Positions 24,579-32,000 of a DNA stretch of 32,000 nt are shown here, piece after piece; position 1 is the stretch's first letter; each line of letters opens with the position of its first letter. This DNA is from Candidatus Saccharimonadota bacterium. Lineage in GTDB: Bacteria; Patescibacteriota; Saccharimonadia; Saccharimonadales; Saccharimonadaceae. Below the pieces are notes generated by a model. The model was not told where the DNA came from, ran no database searches, and saw only the letters and a list, made by a program, of their open reading frames with translations. Both the position numbers and the translations under genes were made by a program. The stretch spans positions 780,001-812,000 of the forward strand of contig CP060232.1 in the NCBI GenBank assembly GCA_023898645.1, in the 5' to 3' direction.

Positions 24579-25175
24579 ATGAATCAGTTCGACACGGATC
24601 CATCCATAAACATGGCGCCCACGACCGATACGGAGACTACCAAACCGGCGGATATTTCGTTTGAAGAATTGTATGCGAACTACTACACAAAGTTAACTCT
24701 GTTGGCAAAAAGTTTTAGAGTACGAGACCCAGAGGCCACAGCGCAAGAAGCATTCATAAAGGCATATGAACATTATGACTCATATGTTGACATGGGTTAC
24801 TCTCGTTATACTTGGCTATGCCGCATATTGCGCAACACGGCAAACAGCGAACTACGTAAATCTAAACTCAGACCACTAGACAAAGTATCTAGAGACGCCG
24901 ATATACTCGAACATTACAACCTACCTGACGCCCATGCGTTAGAAGATTTCAAAGATATCGAGCTAGACGAAATCATGGACCGAGTCTACCAAGTTATTTC
25001 CCCTAAATCCCCAAACTGGTATGAAATTTTCACTAAACGCGTTTTAGACAACGACAAATGTAGAGAGATCAGTGAAGATCTCGAAATCCCCATGGGCACA
25101 GTCCAGGCAAGTCTTTTTCGCGCTTGTAAATTACTCGCAGAAGACGAAGAAATCCGTGCCGCGCTTGGCAAATAG
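24579..25175 (+). CDS. ECF-type sigma-70 family RNA polymerase sigma factor
   Basis: Region 2 QEAFIKAYEHYDSY...YTWLCRILRNTANSELRK and region 4 REISEDLEIPMGTVQASLFRACKLL. Confidence 0.75.
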   Translation: MNQFDTDPSINMAPTTDTETTKPADISFEELYANYYTKLTLLAKSFRVRDPEATAQEAFIKAYEHYDSYVDMGYSRYTWLCRILRNTANSELRKSKLRPLDKVSRDADILEHYNLPDAHALEDFKDIELDEIMDRVYQVISPKSPNWYEIFTKRVLDNDKCREISEDLEIPMGTVQASLFRACKLLAEDEEIRAALGK

Positions 25176-25195
25176 TAGACTTCAAGAAAGATCAT

Positions 25196-25666
25196 ATGTC
25201 AGAATTTGTCGACAAATCACCAAGTAACAACATACAGCCGTACGACAAGTTTCAAGGCGACAAAGAAGCCTCGGCCGAACTACTGAGCGCCATTCGAATT
25301 TATTTCCGCCAAGAACTCGACCAGTCGGGCTTCACTAAGCATTTTATCGACGCCCTTAACGACGTCGTCATCACCGACTCGCAAGCCCAGCTCTACATAG
25401 CCCAAACGTTTCGGGCAGGCAACGACATCCGCGTCATCAACGCAGTATTGCGTGAGCAAAAAACCGACGACGGCTTTACGCTGCACGTACGAAAAGTAGG
25501 CGAAGAAATGAACGGCATGCGTATAGCCGCGCGCTGTTTTAACGACGAAGACCTCGACCTAGCCATAAGCCAGCTCGAAAATCTACAGCAGCTAAAAGAC
25601 AGCAAAATGATATCACTTGACCAAACCCTGTCATGGCCAGCTGACGCCACTCCACTAATCAAATAA
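25196..25666 (+). CDS. hypothetical protein (positionally a candidate sigma-factor partner)
   Basis: 156-aa ORF 20 nt after the sigma gene. No domain recognised. Confidence 0.5.
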   Translation: MSEFVDKSPSNNIQPYDKFQGDKEASAELLSAIRIYFRQELDQSGFTKHFIDALNDVVITDSQAQLYIAQTFRAGNDIRVINAVLREQKTDDGFTLHVRKVGEEMNGMRIAARCFNDEDLDLAISQLENLQQLKDSKMISLDQTLSWPADATPLIK

Positions 25667-25836
25667 GCCTCAGTCACTCATCCGCCTAGGGCATACGCAC
25701 ACCCTGCAGAAAACACTCCAAACCACCGCTCACTTCAACCGCGTGCAGAGCGCTAAAGCACTCTATACGCTAGCGCTTGCAAATTCTTACTCATTAGTGC
25801 ATTATATTGCAGGGTACGCATCTCTTGGAGGAGAAT

Positions 25837-26409
25837 ATGCACGAGCAAACAGTTGACCATCCGTTCATGTATACGCTTGTCGCAGGAATCTGGATCGTTT
25901 TTTGGCTATCTTGGATCGTACTAATGTTCAGCGCCAAACGTTCCACGCACAAAGTATCAAAAAACATGATGATACGCATCGTCATAATTGCCACGGCGCT
26001 CATCGTCATGCGCCTGGGCCACTTCGATTCCGGAGCAACTCTGACACACAACATGGCAGTACGTGTCGTCGGAACGACCATGGTCATACTCGGACTCGGG
26101 TTCGCCGTATGGGCAAGGGTGCACATCGGCCGTAACTGGAGTATGCCGAAGGCAACCGTGGAAGATCGCGACCTTGTTACGTCGGGTCCCTACCATTACG
26201 TTCGCCACCCGATTTATTCCGGCCTGCTACTAGCTTTAGTCGGCACGGTCATGTCAATCGGCTGGTACATCGCTATCATCCTCGTAGTGTTCGGCAGTTA
26301 CTTCGTCAGTAGTGCACTGACCGAAGAACACATGCTGGCGCGCGAATTCCCCAAGGCCTATCCGGCCTATCGAGCCAAAACCAAGATGCTCATACCGTTC
26401 ATCTGGTAG
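25837..26409 (+). CDS. isoprenylcysteine carboxyl methyltransferase (ICMT/PEMT) family membrane methyltransferase
   Basis: GGAGGAG RBS before the ATG at 25837. Multi-TM protein with LVTSGPYHYVRHPIYSGLLLALVG. Confidence 0.75.
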   Translation: MHEQTVDHPFMYTLVAGIWIVFWLSWIVLMFSAKRSTHKVSKNMMIRIVIIATALIVMRLGHFDSGATLTHNMAVRVVGTTMVILGLGFAVWARVHIGRNWSMPKATVEDRDLVTSGPYHYVRHPIYSGLLLALVGTVMSIGWYIAIILVVFGSYFVSSALTEEHMLAREFPKAYPAYRAKTKMLIPFIW

Positions 26410-26560
26410 AGCTAATCGCCCCGGGTCATCACCGACCCGGGGTTTTTCCATGCCTACTATTAATCAATACTGAGTTCCTCAAGATAATAAAACAAAACAC
26501 TCCATCGTCTTTGCGTGTCATTTTACACTTCGGCATATTCCCGACAAGTTTTCAAAAAGG

Positions 26561-26569
26561 TGTTATAAT
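26561..26569 (+). promoter_or_regulatory. extended -10 box, leaderless configuration
   Basis: TGtTATAAT, then gcccgc, then the ATG at 26576. Confidence 0.5.
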
Positions 26570-26575
26570 GCCCGC

Positions 26576-27349
26576 ATGTCTAGACCCAAAGTCACACTAG
26601 AAAACTACGAAGAAGTTTACGACTGGTATGCCAATTATTATCAGCCACGCCGCGCAACCAAGCTTGCCTATAGCGTACTCAACCGCCGCTTCAATCCTGA
26701 AGTTCACTACGAGCCAGGTGCTCTCGACGAATTCAGCGACTTTCGCCGCAGCGACACTCCGCAAATCTTTGCGCTCAATCACCTCACAAATACTGTCGAC
26801 CAGTTCGTCGCATCTTCCTTTGCGTACCAAGCCGTACCCGAAGACGTCGGCCGCACGCGCGTCATGGCCAAAGACGAGTTATTTCGCAAATCATACCGTC
26901 GCTTCATCGACCTGATGGGCGCCATACCTACATACCGCATGAAAGACCACGCTCAAATGGAAGGCGGCGAAGAGTTAGTGCGCCAGAGCAACGACATGCT
27001 CATAGACACTTGCGGCATCATACTAGCCAGCGGCCAAAATTTGGGCGTGTTCGTCGAAGGCTCACACAACAAAGTCGACCCAGCAGTCGTACAAACTGTC
27101 CGCTCAGGCTTTGCTCGCACGGCGTTCAACGCGCTGAGTAGGGGAGTCAGCACCATGGTGACACCCGTCGGCATGTCGTTTGGTACCAGCCTCGAAAATC
27201 TCGACCCACGCCAAGCCGTCTTGGTCGTAGGCCGCTCCATACCTGTCACCACCGAGCACACCGAAGACTCACTTATTGCTAGCACAGCTACAGCACTGCA
27301 AACCGCAGTAGACCGCGCAAACGAAATCCGTAGCACCAGAACTAATTAA
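26576..27349 (+). CDS. PlsC-like acyltransferase family protein (tentative)
   Basis: ALNHLTNTVD (H-x5-D instead of the canonical H-x4-D), VFVEGSHN and VTPVGMSF resemble acyltransferase blocks I, III and IV. Confidence 0.45.
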   Translation: MSRPKVTLENYEEVYDWYANYYQPRRATKLAYSVLNRRFNPEVHYEPGALDEFSDFRRSDTPQIFALNHLTNTVDQFVASSFAYQAVPEDVGRTRVMAKDELFRKSYRRFIDLMGAIPTYRMKDHAQMEGGEELVRQSNDMLIDTCGIILASGQNLGVFVEGSHNKVDPAVVQTVRSGFARTAFNALSRGVSTMVTPVGMSFGTSLENLDPRQAVLVVGRSIPVTTEHTEDSLIASTATALQTAVDRANEIRSTRTN

Positions 27350-27424
27350 TCACTGGCAGCTGGTATACACCATTCATTCAAGCACTGCCTAAAAGTTGCT
27401 TAGCTATACATTTCAATTAAAAAG

Positions 27425-27468
27425 GTCGGGGCCATGAGTTTGCGCATTGCAAACTCATGACTCCCGAC
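27425..27468. terminator. long hairpin between convergent genes
   Basis: gtcggggccatgagtttgc / gcaaactcatgactcccgac, near-perfect arms of about 19 bp. Confidence 0.5.
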
Positions 27469-27510
27469 TACATCTAGTGTGGAACTACTCGACGAGCAAC
27501 GTAACACTCA

Positions 27511-27765
27511 TCATCGCTTTTGGAGTCGCCTATGTGGCCCAACAAAAAACGATGCACCGAGATACAGAAGCGCCACAACAAATAGGTTGAGCAAGAACTG
27601 CACTGCGACGCTGTCAAGCAGTATGAACCGATTAACGGTAAAGCTCATCGAAAACCCATACGCTAGGCCAGACGCGTACCACTTCCAGTCTGTAGTATCC
27701 TCGAGTCTCAAAGTGACCCACAAAAGCACGAGGCTCAGGACACACAACATAACAGTAATAACCAT
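27511..27765 (-). CDS. small membrane protein
   Basis: The ATG at 27765 is preceded by GAGGTGG. Three hydrophobic helices. Confidence 0.5.
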   Translation of the reverse strand: MVITVMLCVLSLVLLWVTLRLEDTTDWKWYASGLAYGFSMSFTVNRFILLDSVAVQFLLNLFVVALLYLGASFFVGPHRRLQKR

Positions 27766-27945
27766 TTTCCACCTCTTTTTCAGTACCAAGATGCTCGGAC
27801 AAGCAACTCGGCTCATCTGACTAGACTATTATACAATAAGCACATAATATAGCAATGTACTGTCGCGCTCTTCGACACCTTGAAGCAGCCACACACCTCA
27901 AATTGAAAACGAAGTACAAAAAGGGTATAATAACCTCATAAAATT

Positions 27946-28191
27946 ATGACCGAAGTAAATTTCCAAAAATGCAGCAAAGACCCAGAGACTTGTGACGTCA
28001 TACACGACTTGATCGAACTCGACACATTTTACGAAATCGCCAGCGACATGGACGAGCACTACCAAGAACCACGCAAAATCGTCTGCGGTCTTTTCAACGC
28101 CTGCGTAAACGGCACATGCCCCGGCCAAGCGCCAGAACTCCTCGAACACTTCAACCGGGAAATCACTAACGAACTACGCGAACGCGAATAA
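27946..28191 (+). CDS. small acidic hypothetical protein
   Basis: 81-aa ORF with TATAAT 14 nt upstream. Four Cys. Confidence 0.45.
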   Translation: MTEVNFQKCSKDPETCDVIHDLIELDTFYEIASDMDEHYQEPRKIVCGLFNACVNGTCPGQAPELLEHFNREITNELRERE

Positions 28192-28204
28192 ACTCCGCAA
28201 CCGT

Positions 28205-28981
28205 CTACGGCAGATCTTCGACAGATTCAAGGGTAGTCAAAAGCTCTTCAATCTCGTCAGCAGACATCTCGAGCAAGCCAAGTTCTTTGGCCGTTGCTTC
28301 CGAGCGGCGCTTGTCGTGGTAGCGGGTTTCTATGGCTTGCATAAACCGCTCAGTCTCGGCTTGGTCATAGTGCTCGGCCACAAAATTCCTGAGAGCATTC
28401 AGGCCTTCGGTCAAATCATTAGGGCTCATTGCGCCACTCAGCAGGGGCAGTACCATATCTCTTTTGCCAGCGCCTACTAGTTCCAAAGCTTCGTTTATCA
28501 GCTCATCGTCTCGCGACCTCGCGCTACTCATCGTTTCAAATCTGCCATCGTCATTCATATATACAGTACTTCCGCTCAGCACATATTCGTCGCGTACTGT
28601 CACTGAAACCGCCTGTAACGAACGCCCCTCTGCCAGTATCAACGTCGTAGCCAGAAGCATCATCTTGTTGCCGGTGACGGCATCGTGTAGCGGAAGCGCC
28701 GAGTGCACGCCGTCTTCGAGTCGTACAGACGTTGCGTCGGGGTATAGTCGTTTATAAAAAGCCGCCAAGCAATGCACGTGACTCTTGGCAGACATCCGCA
28801 TCAATTCATTTTGCCCATCAGACTCATCGTTGGCGACTTCCGAGCGGTGCAATTCCACCACGTCTAAACTCTGCGTGCGTGCATGCGAAAGCAATACATC
28901 ATTAACTCTCTCCACCAGCGCTATCACAGCATCTTGCTGCTTCTCGTATTCGCTACGTTCGCGGGCTCCAAATTCACTCAT
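28205..28981 (-). CDS. acidic hypothetical protein
   Basis: 258-aa ORF. No domain recognised. Confidence 0.5.
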   Translation of the reverse strand: MSEFGARERSEYEKQQDAVIALVERVNDVLLSHARTQSLDVVELHRSEVANDESDGQNELMRMSAKSHVHCLAAFYKRLYPDATSVRLEDGVHSALPLHDAVTGNKMMLLATTLILAEGRSLQAVSVTVRDEYVLSGSTVYMNDDGRFETMSSARSRDDELINEALELVGAGKRDMVLPLLSGAMSPNDLTEGLNALRNFVAEHYDQAETERFMQAIETRYHDKRRSEATAKELGLLEMSADEIEELLTTLESVEDLP

Positions 28982-29072
28982 ATGTCAATCTCAACACACC
29001 CACCTAAAAAATACAACTCGCCGCCATGCACAAGCACTTTAATTTCTGCTTAATTTATATTACTGTTATCAC

Positions 29073-29537
29073 ATGTCTAAAAGCCCCGAAAACCATTCCG
29101 AAAACGAATCAGAACTAACCATGTTGCGTTCCGACATCTCCGAACTCTTTCAGGCGCATGCCGACAAACTCGCTTTTCGACAGCCCAAAGACCTACGAGA
29201 ACCAATCGAAGTAATCTTGGCAGGTACATACGACACGACCTACAACAACAATCCCATCAATCTCGAAGTACAAGTGCGCCAGCGCCTCGACGACAATGGC
29301 ACAGACTATCTCATCATCATTGGCAAACAGGGCAGCTTCAAGTGGTGCCAGATCACCGACAACTTCGCGAGTGTCATATACGACAAAGGTGAAAAGCCCA
29401 TCAATGCAGAAGACATCATGGTTATCCGAAAAGTCGCCTCTGCAGACAGCACCGACTGGTCGACCAAAGATTCACAGCGTTGGGCAGGCAAAGGCGACCT
29501 TTACCAAGTAGCTGAAACCCACGCACGCCGAACATAA
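29073..29537 (+). CDS. hypothetical protein
   Basis: 154-aa ORF. No domain recognised. Confidence 0.5.
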   Translation: MSKSPENHSENESELTMLRSDISELFQAHADKLAFRQPKDLREPIEVILAGTYDTTYNNNPINLEVQVRQRLDDNGTDYLIIIGKQGSFKWCQITDNFASVIYDKGEKPINAEDIMVIRKVASADSTDWSTKDSQRWAGKGDLYQVAETHARRT

Positions 29538-29554
29538 CCCACAAGGCTCACAGC

Positions 29555-29896
29555 ATGAACACAGAACGACCACTACAACACACGCCCGACCAAAACCTCC
29601 AGACACTTCTTGGCCGATACAGCCTGGTAGGCGAGGGCGACGATTACTTCACTGAGTACATGCATAGTCCAGAATCGCCACGGCAGCTCGGCCAACGTAT
29701 CGGCTACCTATACGGCGAGCTCACGTCAAAAGGCCTCGTACACGTATGGGCCGACCCGGAAAAGTCCGACTACGCCAACGCCGAAGTACTAATCATCGAC
29801 CACAGCTTTGTGTCGACATACACGCACGTATACACACTTGCCAGGGACTCGAAGTTGATTATGTCGGAGTTATCATTGGGCCTGACTTTATCGTAA
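29555..29896 (+). CDS. hypothetical protein whose 3' end overlaps a DUF2075 remnant in another frame
   Basis: 113-aa ORF. The last ~25 codons are the out-of-frame reading of the DUF2075-like QGLEVDYVGVIIGPDF segment. Confidence 0.4.
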   Translation: MNTERPLQHTPDQNLQTLLGRYSLVGEGDDYFTEYMHSPESPRQLGQRIGYLYGELTSKGLVHVWADPEKSDYANAEVLIIDHSFVSTYTHVYTLARDSKLIMSELSLGLTLS

Positions 29897-30159
29897 GAGA
29901 CGGCGTGGTCGTAACCCACCCAGAACACCGTGCAACCACCGACAAGTCTATATGGGGTTGGAAAAAAATGATGAACGAAGACTCCGAAGGCACCTACGCA
30001 AAACTCGATGCAATCATAAAAAATACCTACCGGACGCTCATGACGCGCGGGCAAAAGGGCTGCTATGTATACTGCACAGATCCTGAGACTGCAGCGTATT
30101 TACGTTCGATGATACGAGTCAATCAGGAGAATAGCTTAGCTGATTTTTCTAGGTCGTGA
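29812..30159 (+). pseudogene. 3' remnant of a DUF2075-family ATPase gene
   Basis: ...HTCQGLEVDYVGVIIGPDFIVRDG...IIKNTYRTLMTRGQKGCYVYCTDPETAAYL matches the conserved DUF2075 C-terminus (QGLEFDYVGVIIG...N.YRVLLTRG.KGCYVYC.D). There is no matching N-terminal part upstream. Confidence 0.6.
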
Positions 30160-30199
30160 CGCGCACAAAGTAGACGTATGGGGCAGTATACACTACTGA

Positions 30200-30208
30200 T
30201 GATATAAT
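30200..30208 (+). promoter_or_regulatory. extended -10 box, leaderless configuration
   Basis: TGaTATAAT, then acgtgc, then the ATG at 30215. Confidence 0.5.
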
Positions 30209-30214
30209 ACGTGC

Positions 30215-32000
30215 ATGAGAGCCTGGTGCCGCAATAGTGTTTCTGAATTCTTACTCGAAAATATCAATAGTGTCATAGGCGAGCTGGCAACATCTAGCGT
30301 TAATGATGGTTTTGACGTAGAACAACTGCAAAACGATTCATGGCGATATGAAATATCAAATCTCCAAGAAATCTTACCAGCGAATATCCCATGCCATATT
30401 TTTTTTGAGTTCAACATTCCTCGTATGGGCCGAAGGATTGACGCCGTATTACTTGGGCCGAATTTTCCGTACGTTTTTGTAATTGAATATAAAGTGGGCG
30501 CCGATAAGTTCATGAGATCCGATATTAATCAGGTGCATGATTACGCATTAGAACTCAAGAACTTTCACAAGGGAAGTCACAAATCGACTATTATCCCAAT
30601 CTTGGTCGCAACGGAAGCGGAAGATACCGAATTTAACATCAAATATGCTGTTGACAATATAGCAGAACCTATATGCGTGAATCCGGACGGCCTAAAACGG
30701 GTGATCGACGGCTTTGCTTTCGAAGGTCAAGTTGATGGCCTAGATTGGGAAAATGCACCATATGAACCAACACCTACGATAATTGAAGCAGCGCGCGCGC
30801 TTTACCGCGACCAAAAAGTCGAGGATATCACGCGAAGCGAAGGGGGCTCAGAAAACATCAAGTCTACTTCATCTCGCGTTTCGGATATTATTAATGATTC
30901 ACGAATTAATAACAAAAAGACCATTATATTTGTCACAGGCGTACCTGGCGCGGGCAAAACACTCGTGGGCCTAAACATCGCAACTCAAAAACGGCAAAAT
31001 ACTACCGATCATGCTGTCTATCTATCGGGTAACGGTCCATTAGTTGAGGTCTTGCAAGAAGCTCTTGCGCGGGATGATGTAAAACAAACCGGTGTCAAAA
31101 AGGGTAGTGCCGTCACCAAAGCGAAAACATTCATACAGAATATACACCACTTCCGCGACGAGGCTCTTAGATCCGACACTCCACCCTCGGAGCATGTTGC
31201 TATTTTTGACGAAGCACAACGGGCCTGGAACCGTGAACAAACAAGCAATTTCATGCGCCGCAAAAAAGGCGTTCCAGATTTCGATGCTGCCGAATCAGAG
31301 TATCTGATATCATACATGGATCGACACAAGGACTGGGCTACGATTGTTTGCTTAGTTGGGGGTGGTCAGGAGATTAACGTAGGAGAATCCGGCATTTCAG
31401 CTTGGATAGAATCAATTTTCACAAAGTTTCCAAACTGGAATATTGCGATTTCAGACAAATTGCATGACAAAGAATATGCACTACCAGAAGAAATAAACGA
31501 AGAGCTTTATTCGTCACAAAGCGTTTCGGTATTTTCAGAACTTCATCTTGGCGTATCGATGCGCTCATTCAGGGCAGAAAATGTGTCCAGTTTCGTCAAA
31601 GCACTACTCGACCTCAACCACGATCAGGCCAAAGACTACCTAGAAAAGTTTAATGAAAAGTATCCAATAGTAATCACTAGGGATCTAATGGAAGCAAAAA
31701 AATGGGTACGCAAAAAAGCGCGCGGTACCGAGAGGTATGGATTAGTCGCCTCATCCAAAGCTATGCGACTAAAACCATTTGCAATAGATGTAAAATCAGA
31801 GGCAAAGCCAATACACTATTTTCTAGATGGTAGTGATGATTTACGCTCGTCATATTTCCTGGAATCTGCAGCTACGGAATACCAAATACAAGGTCTCGAA
31901 CTAGACTGGACAATAGTAGGATGGGACGCTGATTTACGACTAGTTAATGATAGATGGTCATACCACGATTTCAAGGGTCATAAGTGGCTAAACATCCACA
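30215..32000 (+). CDS. DUF2075-family ATPase (nuclease-like N-domain + P-loop NTPase), 3' end outside window
   Basis: My own translation from the ATG at 30215 is open for 595 codons to the window edge. This ORF is absent from the supplied track. Walker A VTGVPGAGKT, Walker B-like VAIFDEAQRAW, and N-terminal RRIDAVLLGPNFPYVFVIEYK, a PD-(D/E)xK-like block. Confidence 0.8.
   Translation, partial: MRAWCRNSVSEFLLENINSVIGELATSSVNDGFDVEQLQNDSWRYEISNLQEILPANIPCHIFFEFNIPRMGRRIDAVLLGPNFPYVFVIEYKVGADKFMRSDINQVHDYALELKNFHKGSHKSTIIPILVATEAEDTEFNIKYAVDNIAEPICVNPDGLKRVIDGFAFEGQVDGLDWENAPYEPTPTIIEAARALYRDQKVEDITRSEGGSENIKSTSSRVSDIINDSRINNKKTIIFVTGVPGAGKTLVGLNIATQKRQNTTDHAVYLSGNGPLVEVLQEALARDDVKQTGVKKGSAVTKAKTFIQNIHHFRDEALRSDTPPSEHVAIFDEAQRAWNREQTSNFMRRKKGVPDFDAAESEYLISYMDRHKDWATIVCLVGGGQEINVGESGISAWIESIFTKFPNWNIAISDKLHDKEYALPEEINEELYSSQSVSVFSELHLGVSMRSFRAENVSSFVKALLDLNHDQAKDYLEKFNEKYPIVITRDLMEAKKWVRKKARGTERYGLVASSKAMRLKPFAIDVKSEAKPIHYFLDGSDDLRSSYFLESAATEYQIQGLELDWTIVGWDADLRLVNDRWSYHDFKGHKWLNIH

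Noticed and set aside
22448-28981. Possible distant paralogy between the 22448-23317 and 28205-28981 products (IHALYSDSLERLYPQLKSV versus VHCLAAFYKRLYPDATSV, both acidic)
   Set aside because: Only one short block is similar by eye. I cannot support homology without an alignment statistic or profile comparison.
29746-30159. 137-aa ORF listed in the track as a possible intact gene
   Set aside because: Its first ~20 codons are an out-of-frame overlap with the 29555 gene and have no start context. Only the C-terminal part is DUF2075-like, so I annotated it as a gene remnant.

Overview
This is a 32-kb bacterial chromosomal window of roughly mid GC content. The gene content looks actinobacterial or actinobacteria-associated, possibly a Saccharibacteria-like genome, but lineage cannot be settled from sequence alone. 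From left to right it holds the 3' end of gltX, a DUF3048 protein, a histidine kinase with a single-domain response regulator, two tandem Cys/His-rich paralogs of a family I do not recognise, and then tRNA-Glu(CUC). A ~5.6-kb insertion sits directly at the tRNA 3' end. It carries a large serine recombinase and a tightly coupled six-gene operon of small membrane proteins. Deleting the DNA between two direct CACCAA cores would rejoin the tRNA to its own intrinsic terminator. Unusually, the predicted circular-junction (attP-like) sequence is also present intact and inverted inside the element. This creates two adjacent pairs of long inverted repeats: about 132 bp around the recombinase gene, and 175 bp (identical by my manual comparison) around the cargo operon. 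I read this as a candidate double invertible, shufflon-like module, and it is my top candidate for something undescribed. Further right are a rhodanese, two divergent PE-PPE-domain hydrolase paralogs flanking a PAS-only gene, and a complete crtE-crtB-crtI-cyclase-cyclase-crtEb (C50-carotenoid type) operon. Next comes a block of mostly unrecognisable acidic proteins that also contains an archaemetzincin-like protease, an ECF-type sigma factor, an ICMT-family methyltransferase and an acyltransferase. The window ends with a DUF2075 gene remnant followed by an intact DUF2075 ATPase gene that runs off the window; that gene is missing from the supplied ORF track because it has no stop codon in the window. 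I saw no rRNA and no CRISPR array. All similarity calls come from motif recognition by eye, and no database search was run.
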